NCBI GenBank assembly: GCA_041648935.1
Contig: JBAZOA010000001.1
Location: 2,433-66,432, forward strand
Direction of reading: 5' to 3'
DNA length: 64,000 bases
Origin: Candidatus Omnitrophota bacterium
Lineage (GTDB): Bacteria > Omnitrophota > Gorgyraeia > Gorgyraeales > Gorgyraeaceae
The position numbers were made by a program, and so were the translations under genes. Shown piece by piece: positions 17,636 to 25,337 of the stretch; the stretch's first letter is position 1; every line of letters begins with the position of its first letter. The notes beneath the pieces were generated by a model that saw only the letters and a list, made by a program, of their open reading frames with translations, was not told the origin of the DNA and ran no database searches.

Positions 17636-18062
17636 ACTTTTTGCTTGTCAATTTTTCTATGAGTTTCGTGATGCCCGCTATCATGGCCTCCGGCTTAGGC
17701 GGGCAGCCCGGTATGTAGACATCAACCGGCAGGACAGAATCGACCGGATCCGGGCAATTCGGCCCGTTTCTGAAAATACCCTGTCCGCACGCGCACGTGC
17801 CTATGGCGATAACGACGCACGGCTTCGGGGCCTGCGCGTAAATCTTTTTTATCAACGGCAGCGCCTTCAGGTTTAAAGAACCCGTCACCAATATGGCGTC
17901 CGCGTGCCTTATGCTTCCGACCAGCGTGATGCCGAACCTCTCCGCGTCGAACCTCGGGGTCAGCATATCCAATATCTCTATGTCGCAGTTATTACAGCTT
18001 CCCGTCGACATGTGATAAACCCAGATCGACTTGGTCAATGCCTTTAGCCTGAATCCCATCAT
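17634..18062 (-). CDS. [NiFe]-hydrogenase small subunit (NuoB/EchC/MbhJ-like)
   Basis: Fe-S ligand motifs (GSCNNC, GTCA) and the GCPPKPEAMIAGI signature. Confidence 0.85.
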   Translation of the reverse strand: MMGFRLKALTKSIWVYHMSTGSCNNCDIEILDMLTPRFDAERFGITLVGSIRHADAILVTGSLNLKALPLIKKIYAQAPKPCVVIAIGTCACGQGIFRNGPNCPDPVDSVLPVDVYIPGCPPKPEAMIAGITKLIEKLTSKK

Positions 18063-18964
18063 AACCCCGCTATCGCCAATAAAACCGCCAAGGTCGCGAG
18101 CATGGTCATCTTCCCCCAGAAAAACCTCATTGCCTGGTCTATCTTCACCCTTGGGTTAGTGTTTTTTATGAGAATCGCCGCGACCACCAGTATCAGATAT
18201 TTCCACAGGCCGAAACCGCCCAAAAACAAAGTAACCAACAATACGGGCAGGGCCACCATCATCATGGCCCTCGTGAGCTTGAATATAGCCAATAAGATCC
18301 CTGAATATTCTATAAAAACCCCTCCCATTATCTCTGTCTCCGCCTCAGCCATGTCAAAAGGCACGAGCCCGAGCTTTGCCTGGACGCAGAATACGGCTAC
18401 TAAAACAGCCAGGATCCCTGAGGCGCTGAACACGAACGGTCCGTTCGCGGCCTGGTACGCGGCTATCTGGCCAAGACGAAGCAGGCCCCCTGTCTTTATT
18501 ATCGGCACGCTGAGCGAAAGGATAAAGGGAAGTTCGTACGCCAGCATTAGTTTTATCTCTCTTGACGCGCCGAGCGACGCCAGGGGATTCGCGCTCGCCG
18601 AAGCCCCCAACATCACCGCCAAAGACGGCAATGTCAAAAGATACACTATGACTATCAGGTCCCCGGTGAAACCGATCGAGCTGAAATCCATGTTCGCGAG
18701 CCAGATAAAAGTGGATGACAACATTACGGCGCTGAGGCCCAAAAGCGGCGAAAGGAAAAATAACGGCCTTGAAGCGCCCTGAGGCACTGTTATCTCCTTC
18801 ATGCTCAATTTTACCAAATCCAAGAAAGACTGGTACCACGGCGGCCCAACCCTCCATTGCACCCTGGCGCTCACCTTGCGGTCCACCCACGTAACCAAAA
18901 GACCGAAGATGGCCGTGAATAAAAAGCCCGGGAATATTAAAAAATTGAATAAATATCTTATCAT
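18059..18964 (-). CDS. NuoH/EchB/MbhM-like integral membrane hydrogenase subunit
   Basis: 8 TM helices. Start moved to MIRYLFNFLIFPGF, which overlaps the upstream stop by ATGA. The 57-codon Arg-rich upstream extension is rejected. Confidence 0.75.
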   Translation of the reverse strand: MIRYLFNFLIFPGFLFTAIFGLLVTWVDRKVSARVQWRVGPPWYQSFLDLVKLSMKEITVPQGASRPLFFLSPLLGLSAVMLSSTFIWLANMDFSSIGFTGDLIVIVYLLTLPSLAVMLGASASANPLASLGASREIKLMLAYELPFILSLSVPIIKTGGLLRLGQIAAYQAANGPFVFSASGILAVLVAVFCVQAKLGLVPFDMAEAETEIMGGVFIEYSGILLAIFKLTRAMMMVALPVLLVTLFLGGFGLWKYLILVVAAILIKNTNPRVKIDQAMRFFWGKMTMLATLAVLLAIAGL

Positions 18965-19443
18965 GGGTGATACTTTTTCCACGGCATGGCGTGGACCGCT
19001 ATGTGCTTTCCTATCAGATATATATCGTCTTTCTCGGATTCTTCCACATCCATGAACTTCACCGCGTCTTCCACGGAACACGTCTTCACGCAGACAGGAT
19101 CCTCGCTTCCGCTCCTGTCGATGCAGGCGTCGCACTGAGCCACGATATAAGGCACCGTATCAATGGCTATTGTCCCGAAAGGACACGCCATGGAGCAGGA
19201 TTTACAGGACACACAGCGCATGGTATAGCGCTTCACTACCCCGTCCGCCTGTTTTTCCAGAGCCTCCTTTGGACACGAATTGACGCAGGGCGCCTCTTCG
19301 CATTTCCTGCATATGTATAAAAATTCTCCCATCTCCCTCAGGCGCGTAATGCCTGAATTCCCGGGATGATAATAATAACTGCACTCCGCTTTTATGGGCT
19401 CACACTTGTTCAATTTTTCCAAATCGATAAAAAGGCGTTTCAT
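18961..19443 (-). CDS. 4Fe-4S ferredoxin-type electron-transfer subunit (HycB/CooF-like)
   Basis: CRKCEEAPCVNSCP, CVSCKSCSMACPFG, CDACIDRS...CVKTC give four Cys clusters. Confidence 0.7.
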   Translation of the reverse strand: MKRLFIDLEKLNKCEPIKAECSYYYHPGNSGITRLREMGEFLYICRKCEEAPCVNSCPKEALEKQADGVVKRYTMRCVSCKSCSMACPFGTIAIDTVPYIVAQCDACIDRSGSEDPVCVKTCSVEDAVKFMDVEESEKDDIYLIGKHIAVHAMPWKKYHP

Positions 19444-19444
19444 G

Positions 19445-20272
19445 TCAATCCCATATCTCGTGAATGTGGCTTATCCTGTCGTACCTGAATACCGGGCCGT
19501 CCTTGCACGCGTAAAAATTCCCCAGGCGGCAATGGCCACATTTTCCCATACCGCAGCTCATGTTCTTTTCCATCGACAGATAAACCTGGTCCTGCCTGTA
19601 TCCCACGTCCATAAGCTTGAACGTGGCGAACTTCATCATTATGGGCGGCCCGCACACTATCGCCACGCTGTTTTTTAAATCCAGATCCAGCTTGTCCAGC
19701 GTGGTCGTGACCAGGCCGACATTGCCTTTCCAGCTATCATCTTTTCTATCCACTGTTATCCTGAATTTGATCTTCTTTTTGTCCAGGCACTGCCACTTAT
19801 CCAGCATGCAGTCCTTGTATATGATATCTGACGGCGTCCTGGAACCGCAGCAGAACAGGACGCTCTTGTACCTGTCTATGTCGTGCGCCAACGCCAGAAA
19901 AAGCGCCCTCAGAGGCGCGAGCCCGACCCCGCCGCCCACAAGCAGGACGTCCTTGCCCTCGAATTCGGATAACGGATACTCGTTGCCAAAAGGCCCCCTG
20001 AGCCCGACCGCGTCTCCTTTTTTCAGGCCGTGTATCATGCCGGTGATCCTGCCCGCTTTCATTATCGTGACTTCCAGCCTGCTCTTTTCATAAGGGGAGG
20101 ATGAAGGGGTAAAAGGCGCCTCTCCCACGCCGGGCACTGTCATTTCTATGAACTGCCCCGCCTTGAAACCCATCGGCCTCTCAGGCCTCAGACAGAATGT
20201 CTTTATGGTGGGGCTTTCGTCTATTATATCAATTACTTCTGTCTTTACGGGTAAATACGGATTATCTATCAT
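19445..20272 (-). CDS. FAD/NAD(P)-binding oxidoreductase with C-terminal 2Fe-2S (sulfhydrogenase gamma HydG / AsrB-like)
   Basis: FNR-like fold (GQFIEMTVPG, LLVGGGVGLAPL, CGPP) plus C-terminal CGMGKCGHC. Confidence 0.7.
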   Translation of the reverse strand: MIDNPYLPVKTEVIDIIDESPTIKTFCLRPERPMGFKAGQFIEMTVPGVGEAPFTPSSSPYEKSRLEVTIMKAGRITGMIHGLKKGDAVGLRGPFGNEYPLSEFEGKDVLLVGGGVGLAPLRALFLALAHDIDRYKSVLFCCGSRTPSDIIYKDCMLDKWQCLDKKKIKFRITVDRKDDSWKGNVGLVTTTLDKLDLDLKNSVAIVCGPPIMMKFATFKLMDVGYRQDQVYLSMEKNMSCGMGKCGHCRLGNFYACKDGPVFRYDRISHIHEIWD

Positions 20273-20288
20273 CACTTAATCAATCCCT

Positions 20289-20330
20289 CAGCAGCAGTAG
20301 GGGAGGTTTAAACCTCCCCTACTGCTGCTG
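20289..20330. repeat. E2 perfect palindrome, copy 2 (CAGCAGCAGTAGGGGAGG-TTTAAA-CCTCCCCTACTGCTGCTG)
   Basis: 42-bp perfect palindrome, 3 nt after the HydB-like stop and 13-16 nt upstream of the HydG-like start. Differs from copy 1 at positions that are changed symmetrically in both arms. Confidence 0.9.
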
Positions 20331-20333
20331 CTA

Positions 20334-21362
20334 TTACTCAAGCGCTAATTTACTGAGGACTTCCCTTATGTCTATCTTCCCGGGACACGCCTCCACACAC
20401 CTGCCGCAGCCGGTGCACCCGAACCTGGCGATATTATCGGGGAAAAAATTGAATTTCTTGTCAAATCTATTTCTCAGGCGCTGCGCGAGGAGCTTGCGGG
20501 GATTCGCGCCTCCGGCGACCCTCGCGAAAGACATCAAGAGACAGGAATCCCATTGCCTCAACCGCTCAAAACCCTCTTCGCCGTTCTGGTCCTTCAGCAC
20601 GAAACAATGGCAGGCCGGACATATGAAATTGCACGCGCCGCATTCAACACACGTCTTCGCCGTCTCTTCCCACAATTTCGACTCGAATTTTTTCCTGAAT
20701 AAACCCTGCACGGCATCGCTCGGCGGGATATTGCTCTTCTCCACGTGCCTCGAAAGCCTGTCTTTCAGCTGTCTCCTGTTGGATTCTCTTTTTTCGGAAT
20801 AGGGCGCGGCGCTCTGGAATAATTTAAAATATTCCCTTATTATCTTTTCTCCCTTATTGGAACCGGCCTCCGCCACATAACCGCTTTCTATCTCGGAGAT
20901 ATTTATGTCAAAATTATCCGTTGGGTAAGGCATTATGCCTATGGCGAGACAAAAACACGTCTGGCCATGGGTAGTGCAATCGGATGATATGATCAGGCCT
21001 TCTTCTCTCCTGGAGACGTAAAAGGGATCCTTGAACGGTTCCTGCGAATATACATAGTCCATGACCTTGAAGGAAGCGAGATCGCATGCCTTGGCGCCTA
21101 TTATGGCGATGGGCCTTTCAGTCCTGTCGCTGTTCTTTTCCGAAAAATAACCCGCCACCTTTGACCGCGCCGGAAAATAAAAACTCTTCAGGGGTTCGAC
21201 GGCCCTGATCTCCCCCAGCACGGCGCCTTCAAGCCCTTCCTCCCCCATTTTCTTATAAAACCGCTCTTCACCTGACTTGACCGGGACATAAACCCTGTAC
21301 GTCTTGGCCAAAGACATGGCCAATCTGTCCAGGTTCGGCCTATTAATAAAGTATAAATCCAT
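20334..21362 (-). CDS. Fe-S oxidoreductase subunit (sulfhydrogenase beta HydB / AsrA-like)
   Basis: CVECGACNFICPACHC and CTGCGRCVEACP 4Fe-4S motifs plus an N-terminal Cys cluster; pairs with the adjacent HydG-like gene. Confidence 0.65.
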   Translation of the reverse strand: MDLYFINRPNLDRLAMSLAKTYRVYVPVKSGEERFYKKMGEEGLEGAVLGEIRAVEPLKSFYFPARSKVAGYFSEKNSDRTERPIAIIGAKACDLASFKVMDYVYSQEPFKDPFYVSRREEGLIISSDCTTHGQTCFCLAIGIMPYPTDNFDINISEIESGYVAEAGSNKGEKIIREYFKLFQSAAPYSEKRESNRRQLKDRLSRHVEKSNIPPSDAVQGLFRKKFESKLWEETAKTCVECGACNFICPACHCFVLKDQNGEEGFERLRQWDSCLLMSFARVAGGANPRKLLAQRLRNRFDKKFNFFPDNIARFGCTGCGRCVEACPGKIDIREVLSKLALE

Positions 21363-21431
21363 TGGGTTGATCCTTAGAAGACTTCGTGAAATTTATCACA
21401 ATCTTTTGAAAAAAAAATAAATTACCTATAT

Positions 21432-21460
21432 TTTATAATACAAAGACGCTCTCCTGTCAA
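21432..21460 (-). promoter_or_regulatory. Sigma-70-like promoter upstream of the hydB-like/hydrogenase/mrp operon (TTGACA-17-TATAAA)
   Basis: Minus strand reads TTGACAggagagcgtctttgtatTATAAA, 70 nt upstream of the HydB-like ATG, in a 115-nt AT-rich intergenic region. Confidence 0.45.
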
Positions 21461-21477
21461 TATAAATTTTACCGGCG

Positions 21478-21885
21478 TTAGAAATGCAGCTCCATGGCGC
21501 GAGGCGGACAAGCCTTGATGCACAATTCACAAGCAATGCACTTGTCTTCATAAAACAGGACCTTGCGGGTCACGGGATCCGTTACCAGCGCGGCTGTGGG
21601 GCATATCGGCACGCACGCGCCGCAGTGGGTACATTTCGCCTCGTTTCTCTTGATGTCCTTTGAAAGCGGCTGGACCGTCACGCCGAGAGACCTAGCGTGT
21701 TTTACTGCCTTTTCAAGGTTCGCCTCGTCGCCGGTGAACTCAAGCACCAGGAGCCCTTCCTCTCTGGGCGTCACGTAGGCCTTTAATATATTGAATTCCA
21801 GGTCAAAATCCTTTACCATCCTGTACACTATGGGCTGATCCACAAGCCTGTGGGGAAATTTTAAAACAATTCGCCTTGAAACCAT
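21478..21885 (-). CDS. NIL-domain 4Fe-4S ferredoxin
   Basis: N-terminal NIL-like domain. C-terminal CTHCGACVPICP and CIACELCIKACP. Confidence 0.55.
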   Translation of the reverse strand: MVSRRIVLKFPHRLVDQPIVYRMVKDFDLEFNILKAYVTPREEGLLVLEFTGDEANLEKAVKHARSLGVTVQPLSKDIKRNEAKCTHCGACVPICPTAALVTDPVTRKVLFYEDKCIACELCIKACPPRAMELHF

Positions 21886-21902
21886 ATTGGACCTCCTTCC
21901 GG

Positions 21903-22634
21903 CTACGCCAACTCTATATTGCCAGCGCTCCCGAAATCACTGCCGATTATCGCCAACGCGCCCTCGACACCTTTAATAGAAACGGCGAATTCTAAAGCCG
22001 CCTTTATGTCTTTTTTATCTTTTATCCTGTTGCAGACGGCGGTCGCCATCGCGTCCGCCAGAGATGTCGACTTGGATATTATAACACAGGCATCGGCTTT
22101 TCCAAAGCTCAAAGAATGACCCACTGTACCGCTGGACGCGCATACCCCCAAAGGTGTCTCCGCGGCTTTTATCTTTATAAAAAGTTTATTGCTCAATGGG
22201 GAATCGCCCGCGAATATCGCTACGATCCTCTCCTTCAGAGATTTTATGAATATGTCCCCGCCGTTTTCTATGATAACCTGTCTGGAACGCGCCAATAGCT
22301 CCCCGCCGACAAATTCAGCGATCGCCCCGGCCACCGCGGCCATTGGTCCGACCCCGGCCAAACCCGACGCCCTGATCATCTCTCTTATGATTTCCGGGGC
22401 GGATAGGTCCTGGCCGACAGGCCCCAGGCTCGCCTGGAATTCAGGTCTTTTTTTTATATACCCCTCTATCTCTCTCCTGTATTTCTTGACGGCGTCCTCC
22501 GCGGCGCGGCTCAGATCCTTTTCAGCGAAAATGAAAAGGTCAGTCTCTTTAACGACAACCTCCTGTCCAGTGAGGTCGCCGGAACCGGACCATTTTCTGT
22601 AAAACCGCTCCTGGAAATCCTTGCGCTTGGCCAT
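21903..22634 (-). CDS. UPF0280/ApbE-superfamily-like protein
   Basis: Gly/Ala-rich core (GLAGVGPMAAVAGAIAEFVGGELL) reminiscent of the UPF0280 family. Start moved to MAKRKDF; the Arg-rich extension is rejected. Confidence 0.35.
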   Translation of the reverse strand: MAKRKDFQERFYRKWSGSGDLTGQEVVVKETDLFIFAEKDLSRAAEDAVKKYRREIEGYIKKRPEFQASLGPVGQDLSAPEIIREMIRASGLAGVGPMAAVAGAIAEFVGGELLARSRQVIIENGGDIFIKSLKERIVAIFAGDSPLSNKLFIKIKAAETPLGVCASSGTVGHSLSFGKADACVIISKSTSLADAMATAVCNRIKDKKDIKAALEFAVSIKGVEGALAIIGSDFGSAGNIELA

Positions 22635-22639
22635 GCCGC

Positions 22640-22984
22640 TTAATCCACCTCTATTGACTCGACGCTGATGCCTGCGCCCCCAATGACTTCCACCGCGGCT
22701 GACTTGCACTCGGGACACCCCTTAACGAACTTACCGGCCAGAAATTCATTGCCGCAATTCTTGCATCTGAACCCCGGCTTGACCTTTTTAAATTTCAATA
22801 TCGCCTTTTCCAAAGACGTCCCAACGGCCCGCTCTTTAAAATGAAACTCAAAATGATCAGCGCTTATCTGCTCCAATTCCCCCAGGAGTATATTAATCCT
22901 AAGGACCCTCGAATAAGGGCCAATCTCCTTGAGCTTTGAATTTACTATGAAAATTATGTTGTCCACAACCCCTGTCTCGTGCAT
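22640..22984 (-). CDS. hypA: Hydrogenase nickel-incorporation protein HypA
   Basis: Starts MHE; two CxxC pairs (CKNCG...CPEC); 114 aa. Confidence 0.8.
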   Translation of the reverse strand: MHETGVVDNIIFIVNSKLKEIGPYSRVLRINILLGELEQISADHFEFHFKERAVGTSLEKAILKFKKVKPGFRCKNCGNEFLAGKFVKGCPECKSAAVEVIGGAGISVESIEVD

Positions 22985-22994
22985 ATGCTCTCCT

Positions 22995-23993
22995 CTAACA
23001 AATCCTCGGCAGCTGCTCCCCTGTCAGCATGTCCAGGATCCTGGCGCCGCCAATCCTTGTTTTCATGTAAACCCCGCCGCCCTTGTCTCCGGTAACCTCT
23101 CCTATTATCCCGCAGGACCTGCCGAGAGGATGTTTTTTCATCTTGTTCAGCACCCCCATCGCCGACTCAGGGGAGACAATCGCCACAACCTTTCCCTCAT
23201 TGGCCATGTAAAGAGGGTCAAACCCCAATATCTCGCACAGGGCCCTTACCGAGCTTCTCACCGGGATAGACGCCTCTTCTATGAAAATATCGCGTCCCAG
23301 CGCCGCGCTTATCTCATTCAAGGTGGTTGCCAGGCCTCCCCGCGTGGGGTCTCTCATGAATTTTATACCCCGGCACATCACGCTCGACACAAGCCCGTTC
23401 AGGGGAGCGCAGTCACTGAAGATCCTCGCCCTGAATTTAAGGTCCTCCCTGGCCAATAATATCGACGCCGCGTGATCCCCCGCAGTCCCGCTCAAGATTA
23501 TCTTGTCGCCGGGCCGAATCCTGTCCATGGATAAATCAGCGTTTTTATATACCTCTCCCACGCCTGAGGTATTTATAAAAATCTTGTCCGCGCCGCCCTT
23601 TTCGACAACCTTGAAATCGCCCGTGACCACATCCACCCCCGCCTGCTCGCAGGCGGACTTTATTGACACGGTTATCTTCCTGAGTTCGTCATATCCGAAC
23701 CCCTCCTCCACGATCATGGCGCACGACAAATACCTCGGCCTGGCGCCGCTGACGCACAGGTCATTGACAGTGCCGCTGACCGCCAATCTGCCTATATCCC
23801 CCCCCGGGAAAAATATCGGCCTGACCACGAATGAATCCGTCGTGTACGCCAATTTTTTCCCTGCCATGTCTATAAAAGCGGAATCGCCCAGTTTATCAAG
23901 GGAGGGATTTCCAAAATTCTTTAAAAACAACTCCCTGATCAATTCATGCGTCAATCTTCCGCCGCTGCCGTGAGATAAGGTTATTTTTTTCAT
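22995..23993 (-). CDS. hypE: Hydrogenase maturation protein HypE
   Basis: MKKITLSHGSGG N-terminus, AIR-synthase-related fold, C-terminal PRIC. Start overlaps the hypD stop (ATGA). Confidence 0.85.
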   Translation of the reverse strand: MKKITLSHGSGGRLTHELIRELFLKNFGNPSLDKLGDSAFIDMAGKKLAYTTDSFVVRPIFFPGGDIGRLAVSGTVNDLCVSGARPRYLSCAMIVEEGFGYDELRKITVSIKSACEQAGVDVVTGDFKVVEKGGADKIFINTSGVGEVYKNADLSMDRIRPGDKIILSGTAGDHAASILLAREDLKFRARIFSDCAPLNGLVSSVMCRGIKFMRDPTRGGLATTLNEISAALGRDIFIEEASIPVRSSVRALCEILGFDPLYMANEGKVVAIVSPESAMGVLNKMKKHPLGRSCGIIGEVTGDKGGGVYMKTRIGGARILDMLTGEQLPRIC

Positions 23994-25075
23994 TTTCTGT
24001 ACCTGTAATACGCGGCGCACGCGCCTTCGCCTGAAACCATGCACGCGCCTCTTGGATTTTCCGGAGTACAGCTTTTCCCGAATAGCCTGCAGTCGCGCGG
24101 CGTCTTGATGCCCTTCAAAACCTCGCCGCATACGCATCCCTTGTCGGGCCTTGTAATCACGCGGGGAAGACGAAATACCTTCCCGGCGTCAAGATCGGAA
24201 TAGGCCTTATTTACGCTCAATCCGCTTTTAGGTATGATCCCCATGCCGCGCCACTCTGAATCGCCCTCCGAAAAGACCCTGGACATTAACGCCAGGGCCT
24301 TCCTGTTTCCGGACCGCCTCACGACCCTTGCGTACTGATTTTCGACCTCCGAGCGGCCTGACTTCAGCTGCTTTACCAGCATAAGGATAGACTGCAATAT
24401 GTCCAATGGCTCAAATCCGCTTATCACGCAGGGTATCTTGTATTTTTTGGAGATCCCGGCATAAGGCCCCGTGCCTATGACGGCGCTCACGTGCGCGGGG
24501 CATAAAAACCCCTGTATATTTATCCTTTTGTCCCTGGCCAGTAAATCCATGGCCGGCGGCATGACCTTGTGGCCGGAATAAACGAAAAAATTCCGTATCT
24601 TTCTCTTTCGCGCCAATTCCATGCTCGCCGCGACCGTCGGGACCGTTGTCTCAAATCCTATGCCGAGAAACACTATTTTTTTATCCGGGTTTTTCGCCGC
24701 GAAATCCATCGCGTCCAGTACGGAATAAACGACCCTAACCTTACCCTTCCCTCTTTCCTGGGCGAGGGTCGAATCGGAACCCGGCACCTTGAGCATGTCC
24801 CCGAAACTGGCCACTGTAACGTCTTTGATGCCCGCGAGGCCTATCGCCCTGTCTATGTAATCTTTGGGCGTGACGCATACCGGGCATCCCGGACCCGAGA
24901 TAAGATTTATATCCCGCGGCAGCATCCTCCGTATGCCGAATCTCTCCACCGCCATGGTATGTGTCCCGCACACCTCCATGAAATTCACGCCGCCCAGACC
25001 CCTGGCGTGAGAGGATATAGCCCCGGCTATGTCCCGCGCGATCTTAAAATTTCTGAATTCATCTACGTATTTCAC
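23990..25075 (-). CDS. hypD: Hydrogenase maturation protein HypD
   Basis: CGTHT, GPGCPVCV, CPVC-type motifs. Confidence 0.85.
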   Translation of the reverse strand: MKYVDEFRNFKIARDIAGAISSHARGLGGVNFMEVCGTHTMAVERFGIRRMLPRDINLISGPGCPVCVTPKDYIDRAIGLAGIKDVTVASFGDMLKVPGSDSTLAQERGKGKVRVVYSVLDAMDFAAKNPDKKIVFLGIGFETTVPTVAASMELARKRKIRNFFVYSGHKVMPPAMDLLARDKRINIQGFLCPAHVSAVIGTGPYAGISKKYKIPCVISGFEPLDILQSILMLVKQLKSGRSEVENQYARVVRRSGNRKALALMSRVFSEGDSEWRGMGIIPKSGLSVNKAYSDLDAGKVFRLPRVITRPDKGCVCGEVLKGIKTPRDCRLFGKSCTPENPRGACMVSGEGACAAYYRYRK

Positions 25076-25281
25076 TTGATCTCTCTCAATAACCGCAATG
25101 TCTCTTTCGCCTTTCCAGGATCTATCCTCTCTATCGCGAAACCGGCGTGTACTATGACGTAATCCCCTGTCTTGGGCCTTGTCAGGAAACCTATGTTAAT
25201 CCTGCGCCGCACAGACTCCACGGACACGATAGCGCTGTCGCCCTCTATCTTTAAAATCTTCATCGGGATACCGAGACACAT
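25072..25281 (-). CDS. hypC: Hydrogenase maturation chaperone HypC
   Basis: MCLGIP N-terminus; 69 aa. Confidence 0.8.
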   Translation of the reverse strand: MCLGIPMKILKIEGDSAIVSVESVRRRINIGFLTRPKTGDYVIVHAGFAIERIDPGKAKETLRLLREIK

Positions 25282-25296
25282 CTTACCTTTCCTTCG

Positions 25297-25337
25297 CTAA
25301 GTTGACAAAAGGAGTATTGCTTGTTGTGTCAACTTAG
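25297..25337. repeat. E1 palindromic intergenic element, copy C (ctaagttgaca-N19-tgtcaacttag; perfect 11-bp arms)
   Basis: Contains the hypF-like TGA stop in its arm and ends 15 nt upstream of the hypC ATG. Confidence 0.85.
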
